Below, piece by piece: positions 19,587-28,865 of a stretch of 64,000 nt of DNA (position 1 is the stretch's first letter; every line of letters starts with the position of its first letter). The DNA is taken from positions 128,001-192,000 of IMG/VR virus record IMGVR_UViG_3300029288_005873; one strand, given 5' to 3'. This stretch comes from a virus. Taxonomy: Duplodnaviria > Caudoviricetes. The position numbers and the translations under genes are program-made. The notes under the pieces are model-generated. The model was given only the letters and a program-made list of their open reading frames with translations. It made no database searches and was not told the origin of the DNA.

Positions 19587-20134
19587 ATTTCTGCTTTCTG
19601 ACTGTGGATTTTTAGATATTGAATAGCCATCTCCAGCAATTCTATTGAGTCCTCAAACCAGCCAAGACCTAGATTACAGCGACCACAAAGAAGTCCACGA
19701 TTCTCGCCCGTTTTATGGTTGTGATCCACAGCAAGTTTCTTGGATCCTGGTTCCTTGTGACATACGGCACATTTGTAATCTTGCTTTCTTTCTAGTTCGC
19801 GATATTGTTCCAAACTTATGCCAAATTTCTTTCGCAGATCGGCATCTTTGTAGTAGTCTGGATTTCTGTAATATCGAGCCTTTGCTTTCTCTTTATGGCA
19901 TATCGCACAATAAATTGAAATTCCATATTTGGTATGTGTATCTTTTAGGAATTCTCCGATTGTTTTTATCTTATCGCATTTAGGGCAATATGATTTGCCT
20001 TCTTTGATTAGCCGTTCTCTACGTTTGAGCGGCTTTGCTGTTGAGCCGTGTCTTCTTTGTCTATTGTAATGTTTAGAACACAGTCCATTCTCAAATACCT
20101 TATTGTCACAACCTTCTACACTACAATTATCCAT
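19583..20134 (-). CDS. Endonuclease VII-like HNH (probable homing endonuclease)
   Basis: CSVEGC...LCSKHY zinc module; CAVC...LAVDHNHKTGENRGLLCGRCNLGLG. Confidence 0.88.
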   Translation of the reverse strand: MDNCSVEGCDNKVFENGLCSKHYNRQRRHGSTAKPLKRRERLIKEGKSYCPKCDKIKTIGEFLKDTHTKYGISIYCAICHKEKAKARYYRNPDYYKDADLRKKFGISLEQYRELERKQDYKCAVCHKEPGSKKLAVDHNHKTGENRGLLCGRCNLGLGWFEDSIELLEMAIQYLKIHSQKAEM

Positions 20135-20146
20135 ATGTCCACTAAT

Positions 20147-21010
20147 CTACATTCCTTTTTTTGTTTTGATGTACTGCTTCCACAACTGGGCAGATTTTCT
20201 ACCAATCACAGTATCGATATCACGACCTTCTGTAATCTCTCCCTTTGCTTCTTTTCTTATGTCCTTAATCATAGCTTTCACGATTTCACCAGTATGCTCT
20301 ATTCCATTAGCATAAGGCAGATCTTGAAGTATGTGCGCCAACCTCATTGGCACTACCCATTCATCGGCAATTTCCTGAGCCTTCGTCATTACTTCCAGTT
20401 TCGCAGGATCTGATACCTTTGGTACATGTGCGCGTTCTGAAAACTCTTCTCGCTTGTGCTTACATATAATACGCTCACCGTTATTCATTACCACTTCAAT
20501 AGGTGGTCGAAGAACAACGCCCTCACGTTTGTGACCGGGTCCCATGCCATTACGCACAGCTTGAACGGAATCGGAGTCGCGCTCGGCGTCTATGGCAGCG
20601 AGGTCCGTTGGGATCTCGACATAGTGAACAAACTCTAAACCAAGGTCGCTTGCGACCTTTTCTGCCTTGGGAACAGAGAGCCAGGATTCCTCAACCCGAA
20701 CATCGAACACAATAAACTTAAGGTTCGGACCGTAGGTATGGGACATTCCCTGCTGTTTACCGCCATAGGCCTCGCCGTGGATGCGGACCTTCATGTCACC
20801 AAAGTTGTCTGTGAAAATCGCAGTAAGCTTCTCCTGATCGAACAAGGATACGAACTTCTCGTGCTTCTCGCCGCCAGAGAAGAATCCCAACTGCCCGTTA
20901 TTCCAGGAGAGGTGTGCACTAGTTCCGTGACACTTCTCCATTGCGTAACACCTCTTGAACAAAAGAATTTCTTGAGCCTTGTACAGCAAAGGAATATCCA
21001 TGTATCCCAT
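20147..21010 (-). CDS. ATP-dependent RNA ligase (Rnl2-like) 1
   Basis: EKCHGTS (motif I), HGEAYG, VFDV, EGVVLRP, CKHK. Confidence 0.85.
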   Translation of the reverse strand: MGYMDIPLLYKAQEILLFKRCYAMEKCHGTSAHLSWNNGQLGFFSGGEKHEKFVSLFDQEKLTAIFTDNFGDMKVRIHGEAYGGKQQGMSHTYGPNLKFIVFDVRVEESWLSVPKAEKVASDLGLEFVHYVEIPTDLAAIDAERDSDSVQAVRNGMGPGHKREGVVLRPPIEVVMNNGERIICKHKREEFSERAHVPKVSDPAKLEVMTKAQEIADEWVVPMRLAHILQDLPYANGIEHTGEIVKAMIKDIRKEAKGEITEGRDIDTVIGRKSAQLWKQYIKTKKGM

Positions 21011-21071
21011 TTTTTATTCTCCGTCGGATATTTTCTATCAATATCCTAGCATTATAGCAATGGAGGTTGCC

Positions 21072-21812
21072 ATGCTAGGACACATCATGACCAAGGAAAC
21101 CCTGGACCAACTCTATGTGATCGAGAAACTTTCGGTTGCTGCGGTTGCTAGGAAACTTCACACCACAACGACTACGGTTAGGAAATATCTCAAATTCCAC
21201 AACATCCCATTCAGGGACAACCCGGCCCAGCCCAAAGATATTACAGGATATAGATTCGACCGCTTGGTGGCTCTACACCCAGCATCCCCCGACAGATTCG
21301 GCAAAAGTCGCTGGCATTGCGCCTGTGATTGTGGCAGGACGGTCGAGATCAACTATTCGTCTTTGGCATATGGTCTCACGACCTCCTGCGGGTGCCGCAA
21401 GATTGAACTATGTAGGCGAGGCGGATACAAAGATATATCTCGCGCTTGGTGGCGCAGGATGGTCAAGAATGCCGCTATGCGTGGATACGAGTTCAGTGTG
21501 ACACCGGAAGATGTCTGGGGCATCTATGAGCAGCAGGGAAAGCGATGCGCCCTCACCAATCTTCTTGTAGGATTCTTTCCCGATTCCAACCAAATGTACC
21601 GCCAGACCGCCTCGCTCGACCGTATCGATAGCAGCCTTGGCTATGTCAAGGGGAACATCCAAATCGTCCACAAGGTCGTCAACCAGATGAAAAGTTACCT
21701 TACGGATGAGGAGTTCGTAGCATTCTGTAACGAGGTAGCGCGCAGCCATCCAATGGATCACGACGCCTGCCTAGTTGCAACCTCGCGGACAATTATGCGC
21801 AAGGTTACTTAA
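21072..21812 (+). CDS. HNH-like homing endonuclease
   Basis: GGAGG RBS; WHCACDCG...TSCGC; CALT...SLDRIDSSLGYVKGNIQIVHKVVNQMK. Confidence 0.85.
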   Translation: MLGHIMTKETLDQLYVIEKLSVAAVARKLHTTTTTVRKYLKFHNIPFRDNPAQPKDITGYRFDRLVALHPASPDRFGKSRWHCACDCGRTVEINYSSLAYGLTTSCGCRKIELCRRGGYKDISRAWWRRMVKNAAMRGYEFSVTPEDVWGIYEQQGKRCALTNLLVGFFPDSNQMYRQTASLDRIDSSLGYVKGNIQIVHKVVNQMKSYLTDEEFVAFCNEVARSHPMDHDACLVATSRTIMRKVT

Positions 21813-22045
21813 TCTACTGGCGGATCAAGTTGGTCCGTATTCCCTACGCTTTCTCCAAGCCATTCAATCCAATAGTCGAACTCCTCCTGATTGATGTCTG
21901 GCGCCAACTTGCGCATCTCTCCGATTATCCACGCATTGCTGCTGCTTGGACACATTGCTTTTATACCACGGAACATTCCAGCAAATTCTCCCTCACGTAA
22001 CGCATCTAGTACGGCGTTTGCCTGGTTTTGCATTGGCGTTCCCAT
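21809..22045 (-). CDS. Hypothetical protein
   Basis: ORF in gene run. Confidence 0.55.
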   Translation of the reverse strand: MGTPMQNQANAVLDALREGEFAGMFRGIKAMCPSSSNAWIIGEMRKLAPDINQEEFDYWIEWLGESVGNTDQLDPPVD

Positions 22046-22638
22046 TATGATCGTCCCTTCCTCTCAGCAATTAGATTAGCCAGAGTTTCCTCATAGTATG
22101 AACGCAGATCTACTCCCAACGGAGGATCTTTAATATTGCCTTTCCTGAGTTCCATACGATAGGAATAATATGCCCCACACAATTCAGCAAGCTTAGTCTC
22201 GAAAAAGGAGAGCCAATCTCCGATAGGTTTCTGGACAAACTCAAAAGGGTCTTCCTTAAAATAAGACCCCGTGCCATATAAATCTTTTCGTTGTTTTAGA
22301 CATTCGTCCCAAGATTTTGGAGTACGAGTCGCTTTGGATCGTTCTACCGTATCGGAACATTTGTGCGCAGCATCAATGACCTCAACGGCAAACAAATCAG
22401 ATTCATCGCAATCCAAAGCAATGAATTCATCCACATATGTACTCCATACAGCCCATTTGCCGTTTGGCTGCCTTACAAAACAATGTCCCATGTTATTTTC
22501 CTTTGTGTTTGTATGGATCCAATCCAGTACGTTTACAAAGCCTTGTGTAAAGCCCTGCGACAATCCTATTTGCTTTGGCTTGATCGCCAACGACCCAGAA
22601 TCCTCTATCTGGAAAAATGCCACCAAATCCCTCGACAT
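22045..22638 (-). CDS. Hypothetical protein (VRQPNGKWAVWST)
   Basis: ORF; likely start MGHCF near 22491. Confidence 0.6.
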   Translation of the reverse strand: MSRDLVAFFQIEDSGSLAIKPKQIGLSQGFTQGFVNVLDWIHTNTKENNMGHCFVRQPNGKWAVWSTYVDEFIALDCDESDLFAVEVIDAAHKCSDTVERSKATRTPKSWDECLKQRKDLYGTGSYFKEDPFEFVQKPIGDWLSFFETKLAELCGAYYSYRMELRKGNIKDPPLGVDLRSYYEETLANLIAERKGRS

Positions 22639-22888
22639 GGCGAATTATATGCTCGATTTCGACGTCAGTCAGAATTGGTTCAATCTTTTCTTTGATTTCC
22701 AAACCCACATGTATGGGATTGTCGTCCTTAACTTCAATTTCTATTACACCTTTAGTCATGTTGAAGGAAACTTTAGCTTCGTGATTGCCAACACAATCTT
22801 CTGCCCTGATCAGCTCATCAATCAATCCACGCAAAGTTCCCATACTCAATCCTCGTCCAGGTGATCGCTTCCACATCTGGGACAACAT
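22493..22888 (-). CDS. Hypothetical protein
   Basis: ORF in gene run. Confidence 0.5.
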   Translation of the reverse strand: MLSQMWKRSPGRGLSMGTLRGLIDELIRAEDCVGNHEAKVSFNMTKGVIEIEVKDDNPIHVGLEIKEKIEPILTDVEIEHIIRHVEGFGGIFPDRGFWVVGDQAKANRIVAGLYTRLCKRTGLDPYKHKGK

Positions 22889-23271
22889 GCGCCCCTCACA
22901 TCTTCATGACGCATAAACTTCATCCCCCTAATTTCCTCAGCAGCATTCTCACAAGCTTGCGCAATGACTTCACGCCAAGAGATTTTGCCTTTATGAGATT
23001 CTACTTCTACAATATCTAGCTTAGCAAAATCCAACAAGACATGTTCCCAGTCTCTCAATGATTTTAATGGATTATAGTCCTTGCTCCAGTAATCATCTTG
23101 TTCCCAACCACAATTCCGACAAAACAAAAACATCGGCGCTCCTTTATTTTGGTGGCTCGGGCAACCCAAAAAGAAAACCTGGATTGTTGCCCTCTTCATC
23201 AGAAGACAATGCGCACTCGTACCGCCTACCATCCTTCTCAAAGACAATGGCAGTAAATCCTTCACCGTCAT
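22846..23271 (-). CDS. Zn-ribbon protein (CRNCGWEQDDYW...CPRCG)
   Basis: Likely start MFLFC near 23133 after AAGGAG. Confidence 0.6.
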   Translation of the reverse strand: MTVKDLLPLSLRRMVGGTSAHCLLMKRATIQVFFLGCPSHQNKGAPMFLFCRNCGWEQDDYWSKDYNPLKSLRDWEHVLLDFAKLDIVEVESHKGKISWREVIAQACENAAEEIRGMKFMRHEDVRGACCPRCGSDHLDED

Positions 23272-23347
23272 CCTTGATCTCTATGACCACACAACCAATT
23301 AGTGGCTTAAGATAATGCTTCATGAAATCATGATTTGGATGACTCAT
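23144..23347 (-). CDS. Small hypothetical protein (DEEGNNPGFL)
   Basis: Short ORF. Confidence 0.6.
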   Translation of the reverse strand: MSHPNHDFMKHYLKPLIGCVVIEIKDDGEGFTAIVFEKDGRRYECALSSDEEGNNPGFLFGLPEPPK

Positions 23348-23744
23348 TTTTCACCTGCTTTTCATATCTAAGTTCCATACAGCCAGGTTCCATTTTGCGT
23401 TTTCGCGAATGCCATTTTGGACCACGATTTCTACGTATAAGCTGCTGGATTTCACACCAAGTACTGTAGGCTTCTTTCTCATGTTCCATATCGGAACGCT
23501 TGTCTAGTATATATGCTTCAATGTGCCATGCTTCTTTAGCATGAGGACATGAAAACTTATCATATACTAGACCATCTATATCATGAATGCTGCGTTCTAC
23601 AACACATTCGGAATCGCACACCTCGCACAGGCGTATCTCGATTTCTCCTGGGCGACGAAAGAATGTATCGTAATCCAGTTCGGGCATTCTACTTCTCCTC
23701 TGTATCTCGAAGTTTTTTACAATATTCCAGGAACTGCTTGTCAT
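23328..23744 (-). CDS. Zn-binding protein, paralog of 23952-24443
   Basis: PG...CEVCDSECVVER...DKFSCPH....WH. Confidence 0.65.
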   Translation of the reverse strand: MTSSSWNIVKNFEIQRRSRMPELDYDTFFRRPGEIEIRLCEVCDSECVVERSIHDIDGLVYDKFSCPHAKEAWHIEAYILDKRSDMEHEKEAYSTWCEIQQLIRRNRGPKWHSRKRKMEPGCMELRYEKQVKNESSKS

Positions 23745-23970
23745 CCAGAACCTGGAATGAGAGTTCTTTTTCCATGTTCAGACCATCTACAAAAAAATCA
23801 TTTGACAAGTCGTGGCGATTGGGAGTACCTAGGGCTGACGCCAAACGTCGAATTAAACCCACAGCTTCATCACGAGTCATGGTTACAATGGTGCGTACAT
23901 TCTCGGCAAAGAATGCTCCGTAATCCTTTCTCATTGTTACTTTTTCTGTGATCATGATCTTTTCACCCAC
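23689..23970 (-). CDS. Hypothetical protein
   Basis: ORF in gene run. Confidence 0.5.
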   Translation of the reverse strand: MGEKIMITEKVTMRKDYGAFFAENVRTIVTMTRDEAVGLIRRLASALGTPNRHDLSNDFFVDGLNMEKELSFQVLDDKQFLEYCKKLRDTEEK

Positions 23971-24443
23971 TTACATGTTGACTTGTGAGAGCAAGGTTCT
24001 TTACTATTACATCCGCTTCTCCAAGGTTTATAAGACGCACATTCCTCCTTGCCACAATTAGGACATATCTGCTCATATACAATGTCAAATACAGTTCCAC
24101 AATTCGAACATGTATTTAAGCTATCATCTACAAGCTCGTCAAGATCTGCTTCAATTAGAGCTCGTAGTCGTTTGCTTTCAGTTCCACGCATCTCATTGAT
24201 TAACTTGGTAGCGCGTCTATGCCATTCCAACCCATAATATGGACAAGCAAAAGTATCATGAGGATGCCCTCGCCCAGCCACCGATTCAGCCCAACTGGTT
24301 GGACCATTATGTCCCCTAGTAACTAAACATATGGCACCACATACGCCACACATTTTCTGTTCGTCATCTGGTACAGAACCAGGATCGCCGAATGACATTC
24401 CACCACATCTTGATTTGCCGAGGTACCCGAATTCGTTCCTCAT
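23952..24443 (-). CDS. Zn-binding protein, paralog of 23328-23744
   Basis: PG...CGVCGAICLVTR...DTFACPY....WH plus extra CxxC. Confidence 0.7.
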   Translation of the reverse strand: MRNEFGYLGKSRCGGMSFGDPGSVPDDEQKMCGVCGAICLVTRGHNGPTSWAESVAGRGHPHDTFACPYYGLEWHRRATKLINEMRGTESKRLRALIEADLDELVDDSLNTCSNCGTVFDIVYEQICPNCGKEECASYKPWRSGCNSKEPCSHKSTCKWVKRS

Positions 24444-24844
24444 TTTCCCTCCAATCGTTTCTCACACCTCAGGAGAGCCTGTGCTAACGCCCTTTCATCA
24501 CAAGGCGGAATGTCGTTAAGATTCATATTCTCACGACATTTGATTCTGTCTTTCTTGAATAATTCATACAAATCTGCCATCTCTGGATTCTTTTTCAAAC
24601 CATTATCAGCAGGGTCCCAGAAACAAGGGAATCCCCCACTTCCCTCGCATGCATCGCGCCCATAGCAGAAACATTTTATCTGCCACAATGAACCCATGGC
24701 AAGACATTTCTTCATTGAATCCGATACCTCTACAGATGTATCTGCTGCTGTCACAATCGCATCACCACCACTACAGTATGTAAGAAATACTAAAACACTA
24801 GTGATAATAAGGAACTCTGCGCCGTTAACTATTTCATTTCTCAT
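24440..24844 (-). CDS. Secreted or membrane Cys-rich protein
   Basis: N-terminal hydrophobic segment, multiple Cys. Confidence 0.55.
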   Translation of the reverse strand: MRNEIVNGAEFLIITSVLVFLTYCSGGDAIVTAADTSVEVSDSMKKCLAMGSLWQIKCFCYGRDACEGSGGFPCFWDPADNGLKKNPEMADLYELFKKDRIKCRENMNLNDIPPCDERALAQALLRCEKRLEGK

Positions 24845-25325
24845 TGTTTTCCTGGTTGTCAGTGATCACCATTTCAACAGCCCTACTCCATGCTTCATCA
24901 AGATCGTTGTCCGTCCAGTTATCGCAAAAGCCAGATCGTCGCATAAAATTCCTGACCGACATTCCCTCCCTCCAATGAACAGGATGAGGAACACGTGTGT
25001 GAAACACAGGAGACACTGTACCATATTCTAATAGACATTTGGTGAAAAACGCAATTCCGTTATCACCCAACCAAGCCCGAAGGGATTCAACCAACGGTTT
25101 TGGAATATCCTTTCCCATGCCTTCCTCCACGTTCGTCATCCAAAATTCACACCAGCCCGTCTTCTTCGTCGGCTTTATAAGCTTGTGGCACCATTCGTCA
25201 CTGGAATGATAAACACATCCGTCGCAATGACCAAGACATCCGAACGGATAAGATGGATTCTGAACACTTTTTAAGCTAGGATTTTGGCGCCACCGTACTG
25301 ATAGTCTCGTCATTTGTGTCTCCAA
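24834..25325 (-). CDS. Hypothetical protein (PHPVHWREGMSVRN)
   Basis: ORF in gene run. Confidence 0.65.
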   Translation of the reverse strand: METQMTRLSVRWRQNPSLKSVQNPSYPFGCLGHCDGCVYHSSDEWCHKLIKPTKKTGWCEFWMTNVEEGMGKDIPKPLVESLRAWLGDNGIAFFTKCLLEYGTVSPVFHTRVPHPVHWREGMSVRNFMRRSGFCDNWTDNDLDEAWSRAVEMVITDNQENNEK

Positions 25326-25342
25326 AATTCCAATATCTGGTC

Positions 25343-25711
25343 TTAATCACCTGGTTTTTCATCTCCGCGCAACTCAATAATTGCGTCAATTAACTCTTTT
25401 GGTACCAAAGATTCATCAAGATGAATACGAAAACCGAAAGGTGGACCAATAGGGCGACCACCTGGACCTAGCAAATGACAATGAGCAATAGCATCAGTAC
25501 GATAATCTCCAAACCGATTTACTGGTCTAGCTACGAGAAGTTTAGCAAAAGGTTTGGGATTTTGGGCAGGTGGGTCGGTTTTAAGACGGAAAGGAGGTTG
25601 TCTAATCAACAGGAGTTCGAATGAGTCTGACCCAGAGAATGATTTGTATACCTGTACGCGCGCTTCACGAACGATGTATACAGACATTACCTCCTGAATA
25701 GTTGACATCAT
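25343..25711 (-). CDS. Hypothetical protein
   Basis: ORF in gene run. Confidence 0.55.
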   Translation of the reverse strand: MMSTIQEVMSVYIVREARVQVYKSFSGSDSFELLLIRQPPFRLKTDPPAQNPKPFAKLLVARPVNRFGDYRTDAIAHCHLLGPGGRPIGPPFGFRIHLDESLVPKELIDAIIELRGDEKPGD

Positions 25712-25715
25712 TATT

Positions 25716-26105
25716 CTATTCCTTATCGGTCAATATGACGTATTCCATCATTGGAGGAAGTTCATAGATTCCAGATCCTTCGAATGTCTGGAATTCAACA
25801 TCTCGTAGATGAAAACGCTCCCCATCAACTATAACAAATATGGTTCCTTGATCGAACTCGAAACGGATTCCACGCTCCTCCATAAGGGCAAACATCTCCT
25901 CGAGGCGTTTGCGGGCGGGATGGTTGGGTTTTAGCCTAAAGGTTTTCATTTTTTGTATATCCTCATACTCGTCCAAAAAAGAAAGGTCTATTCTCTGCGC
26001 TTCCCTATACCATTTGTTTGTGGACATGTACCACCAATGACGTGGACCATGTTGCCAAAGCCAACGCAACCACCCAAGGAAAGTTGTACCCTTCATAGGA
26101 GGCAT
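25716..26105 (-). CDS. Hypothetical protein
   Basis: ORF in gene run. Confidence 0.55.
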   Translation of the reverse strand: MPPMKGTTFLGWLRWLWQHGPRHWWYMSTNKWYREAQRIDLSFLDEYEDIQKMKTFRLKPNHPARKRLEEMFALMEERGIRFEFDQGTIFVIVDGERFHLRDVEFQTFEGSGIYELPPMMEYVILTDKE

Positions 26106-26108
26106 TGC

Positions 26109-26345
26109 TTAACTCCGTTTGTTTCTTTTTTTGCGAGTTTGCGGGGGCGGCGATTGGAGCAAGGTTACCTGCCGTATTTCAAATTTCCCAAGCACTATAA
26201 GCTGTAGAGATTTTGTGTCCGTAGGACACAGCATCCGACCAGTATGGATTGCCGACGTCTCCGATTCAAATGGTCCCATCCACCCACCTCGCCCATCTTC
26301 AATCCAGAAGCCTATAGGGGGAGCACTCGTGATTATGGGCTTCAT
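26109..26345 (-). CDS. Hypothetical protein
   Basis: ORF coupled to vWA stop. Confidence 0.55.
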   Translation of the reverse strand: MKPIITSAPPIGFWIEDGRGGWMGPFESETSAIHTGRMLCPTDTKSLQLIVLGKFEIRQVTLLQSPPPQTRKKRNKRS

Positions 26346-27100
26346 TAGATGTTTAGGGAAACTGGAGCAGAACCGCCGCCTGTTCCGAGCGACTGGCTCT
26401 GTGCGGAGATGGATTTGCTTACGAATTCCGCCAGCTTAGCAAGTGTCTTCGCATCGGTTTTCTCTACCTCAACAAACTGGGTTAGACCAGCACCGTTCTT
26501 GAACTTATCAAGATATGACGACACCTGAGGATCACCCTTAGTGCCCACACCAATCAGAACTGTAACCAAGCTCTCCAAAGACTCGGTCTTCAAGGCTGCT
26601 TTGAGCGCCTTACCAACATCCTTCTCAGTACCCTTGGATTGATTATCACATCCATCGGTCAGGAAAAAGCACACGGAGTTCACACCAAAGTCATTCTCTG
26701 ATAGCTTTTTGGCGTAGTCCGTTTGAGCAAGAATAGAATTCTCGGCAGCATCATATAGAGCTGTCATACCCCCAACTCTAAGAACACCGTTGTAATCTCC
26801 AATATTACAACTCTCCAGGAGCTTGTATCCATGGATTTCATCCAGACCATCAGCAAACGTCACAAGCCGAATCATCAGATTGTCAGCACGTGGCGACATC
26901 TTACAAGCCTGAACAATCTGCTGAATAGCCTTCTCCAGGTCATCTTTATACGTTGCCACCGAACCGCTGACGTCAACAACCAAATCAACAAGGGTGTATT
27001 CCGTCGCACCCAAGTCCTCTAGTTTCGCCGCCGAATATCCAAAGCTACCGGTTGGTAGCGCATGTTCCTCAAGATCATTCTTCAGTTTTGGCATTGCCAT
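26345..27100 (-). CDS. vWA-domain protein (TerY-like)
   Basis: MIDAS DVSGS, GGMTALYDA, FLTDG; AAGGAG RBS. Confidence 0.88.
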   Translation of the reverse strand: MAMPKLKNDLEEHALPTGSFGYSAAKLEDLGATEYTLVDLVVDVSGSVATYKDDLEKAIQQIVQACKMSPRADNLMIRLVTFADGLDEIHGYKLLESCNIGDYNGVLRVGGMTALYDAAENSILAQTDYAKKLSENDFGVNSVCFFLTDGCDNQSKGTEKDVGKALKAALKTESLESLVTVLIGVGTKGDPQVSSYLDKFKNGAGLTQFVEVEKTDAKTLAKLAEFVSKSISAQSQSLGTGGGSAPVSLNI

Positions 27101-27297
27101 TCTCCTTATTGAAATGAAGCACCATGAGTGAATCATCCATATACATTCCATCGATGTCCGGTATAAATCCAGCGGTTTTCAGCGCGATTTCAATAGCCTT
27201 CATCACACTGTCTGGTCCATCAATGATTACCCATCCAGCTTTTTTCTACTATAACAGATCCCCCGAATTTAGTGACAACACGTACTGTTATCATATT

Positions 27298-28113
27298 CTA
27301 AACTAGGAAATCTTTCGTTGTCGACAGCTGCATTCCGCGACTTGTCATCTCCTTGACGAAAGCATCCTGGAAATGCTCAAATCCAGTGACTGGACTGGTG
27401 GCATCCGTGAGCAGCACCATCTTTGCCACAAACTTATCGTCGCCGAACTCAGTAGCGATATCGCGAACAGTATTCGCAAGACAATGCGAACCAGCTTCAC
27501 CAGCGATAGCAAGGACGTCAGCTTCCATCAGCGTCTGAATTAGGCGCGTATTAACATGGGTCGATGGATCGTCGGGGTCTGGAACCTCAGCCTTGATTGC
27601 CGAATAATGCTCTGTGTAGATGTTAGAACCCTTAGACACAAAGTCCACAACGGCAAAATTCTTCCTCTTCCACTCACACAAGGCAGAAAAGAGTTCTGGA
27701 ACAACGGCATTTCCAGGACTACCAATTAGACAGTGGGGTGGCCAGATACATAGTGGATACTTGCCACTACTCTCCAGAGACTTGGTGTATACAATCATGC
27801 GTCTGGTTAAACTCGGCATCACGGGAGACCACCGACCGTTTTCAATTTCAGTACTAGTGATAATCGTAAAGGGCGCAGGATAATTACCTTTGGAATCTTT
27901 CCACATAACTGGATGTGCCACATCCACGAGATGATGACAATCCAAAGTAACATGGATATCATCAAGTTTGCTACCCAATCTCCGAATAAGAGCTGGTAGT
28001 CGAACATTCATATCCTCCCATGCTCCTTGTACAGGTAGTGCCCCTTTTGGATCGCAGAAATCGTGTTGTGGATCAATTACTAGCAAATGAACTTTTTTAA
28101 TGTTATTGCTCAT
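27298..28113 (-). CDS. pncA: Nicotinamidase/isochorismatase-family cysteine hydrolase
   Basis: IDPQHDF, GAL, TLDCH, WPPHC, KG, YSA, GEAGSHC (catalytic Cys). Confidence 0.85.
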   Translation of the reverse strand: MSNNIKKVHLLVIDPQHDFCDPKGALPVQGAWEDMNVRLPALIRRLGSKLDDIHVTLDCHHLVDVAHPVMWKDSKGNYPAPFTIITSTEIENGRWSPVMPSLTRRMIVYTKSLESSGKYPLCIWPPHCLIGSPGNAVVPELFSALCEWKRKNFAVVDFVSKGSNIYTEHYSAIKAEVPDPDDPSTHVNTRLIQTLMEADVLAIAGEAGSHCLANTVRDIATEFGDDKFVAKMVLLTDATSPVTGFEHFQDAFVKEMTSRGMQLSTTKDFLV

Positions 28114-28189
28114 TTTTGGTCTCCTTATCGAGAATTCTATTAATACTTTACCATCATAATAGAAGCAAATACTACAATGAAGGAGAAGT

Positions 28190-28807
28190 ATGATGAAAAA
28201 ATGTTCAAAATGTCAGGAAATTCTTTCCAACGAATGTTTTTGTAAACACAATAAATCCCCCGATGGTCTACAAGCCATGTGTAAGAAGTGTAAATTAGAG
28301 TATAACAGAAATAGACGATTCCCACCACAGGAGGATCCAGAACGCCGCAAAAGATGTCCGCGTTGCGGTCAAGAAAAACCAGCAACTCGAGAGTACTTCA
28401 ATGTCTGTAGAGGAAATTGCGATGGCATGACATATGAATGTAAAAAATGTCGGAATACAACGCTAACAATACAGCGACACCAACACCCAGAGTCATACCA
28501 AAAATCAGTCAAAAAATATCAGTCAAGTCCAAAAGGTAGATTTAATGCCTACAAATACAACACCAACAATCGACCGTTTCATTTAACATTTGAACAGTTT
28601 ATGACTTTCTGGCAGCAACCATGCTCATACTGTAATGACTCTATTGATACTATTGGTATCGATAGAGTAGATAGTAATAAAGATTACATCCTGGAAAATT
28701 GTATCCCATGTTGTTCCACCTGTAATATGATGAAAAGTACTCTTACAAAAGAACAGTGGTTTGCCCATATGCGCAAAGTGCTTATGAAAATGGATCAACT
28801 TTTGTAA
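28190..28807 (+). CDS. HNH-like homing endonuclease
   Basis: AAGGAG RBS; two CxxC...CKKC zinc modules; CSYC...GIDRVDSNKDYILENCIPCCSTCNMMK. Confidence 0.88.
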   Translation: MMKKCSKCQEILSNECFCKHNKSPDGLQAMCKKCKLEYNRNRRFPPQEDPERRKRCPRCGQEKPATREYFNVCRGNCDGMTYECKKCRNTTLTIQRHQHPESYQKSVKKYQSSPKGRFNAYKYNTNNRPFHLTFEQFMTFWQQPCSYCNDSIDTIGIDRVDSNKDYILENCIPCCSTCNMMKSTLTKEQWFAHMRKVLMKMDQLL

Positions 28808-28865
28808 TTCTATCAAATCAATCTGCGGACAGTTCCCAGTTTTTTTAGATTTCTATTTTCTATCA

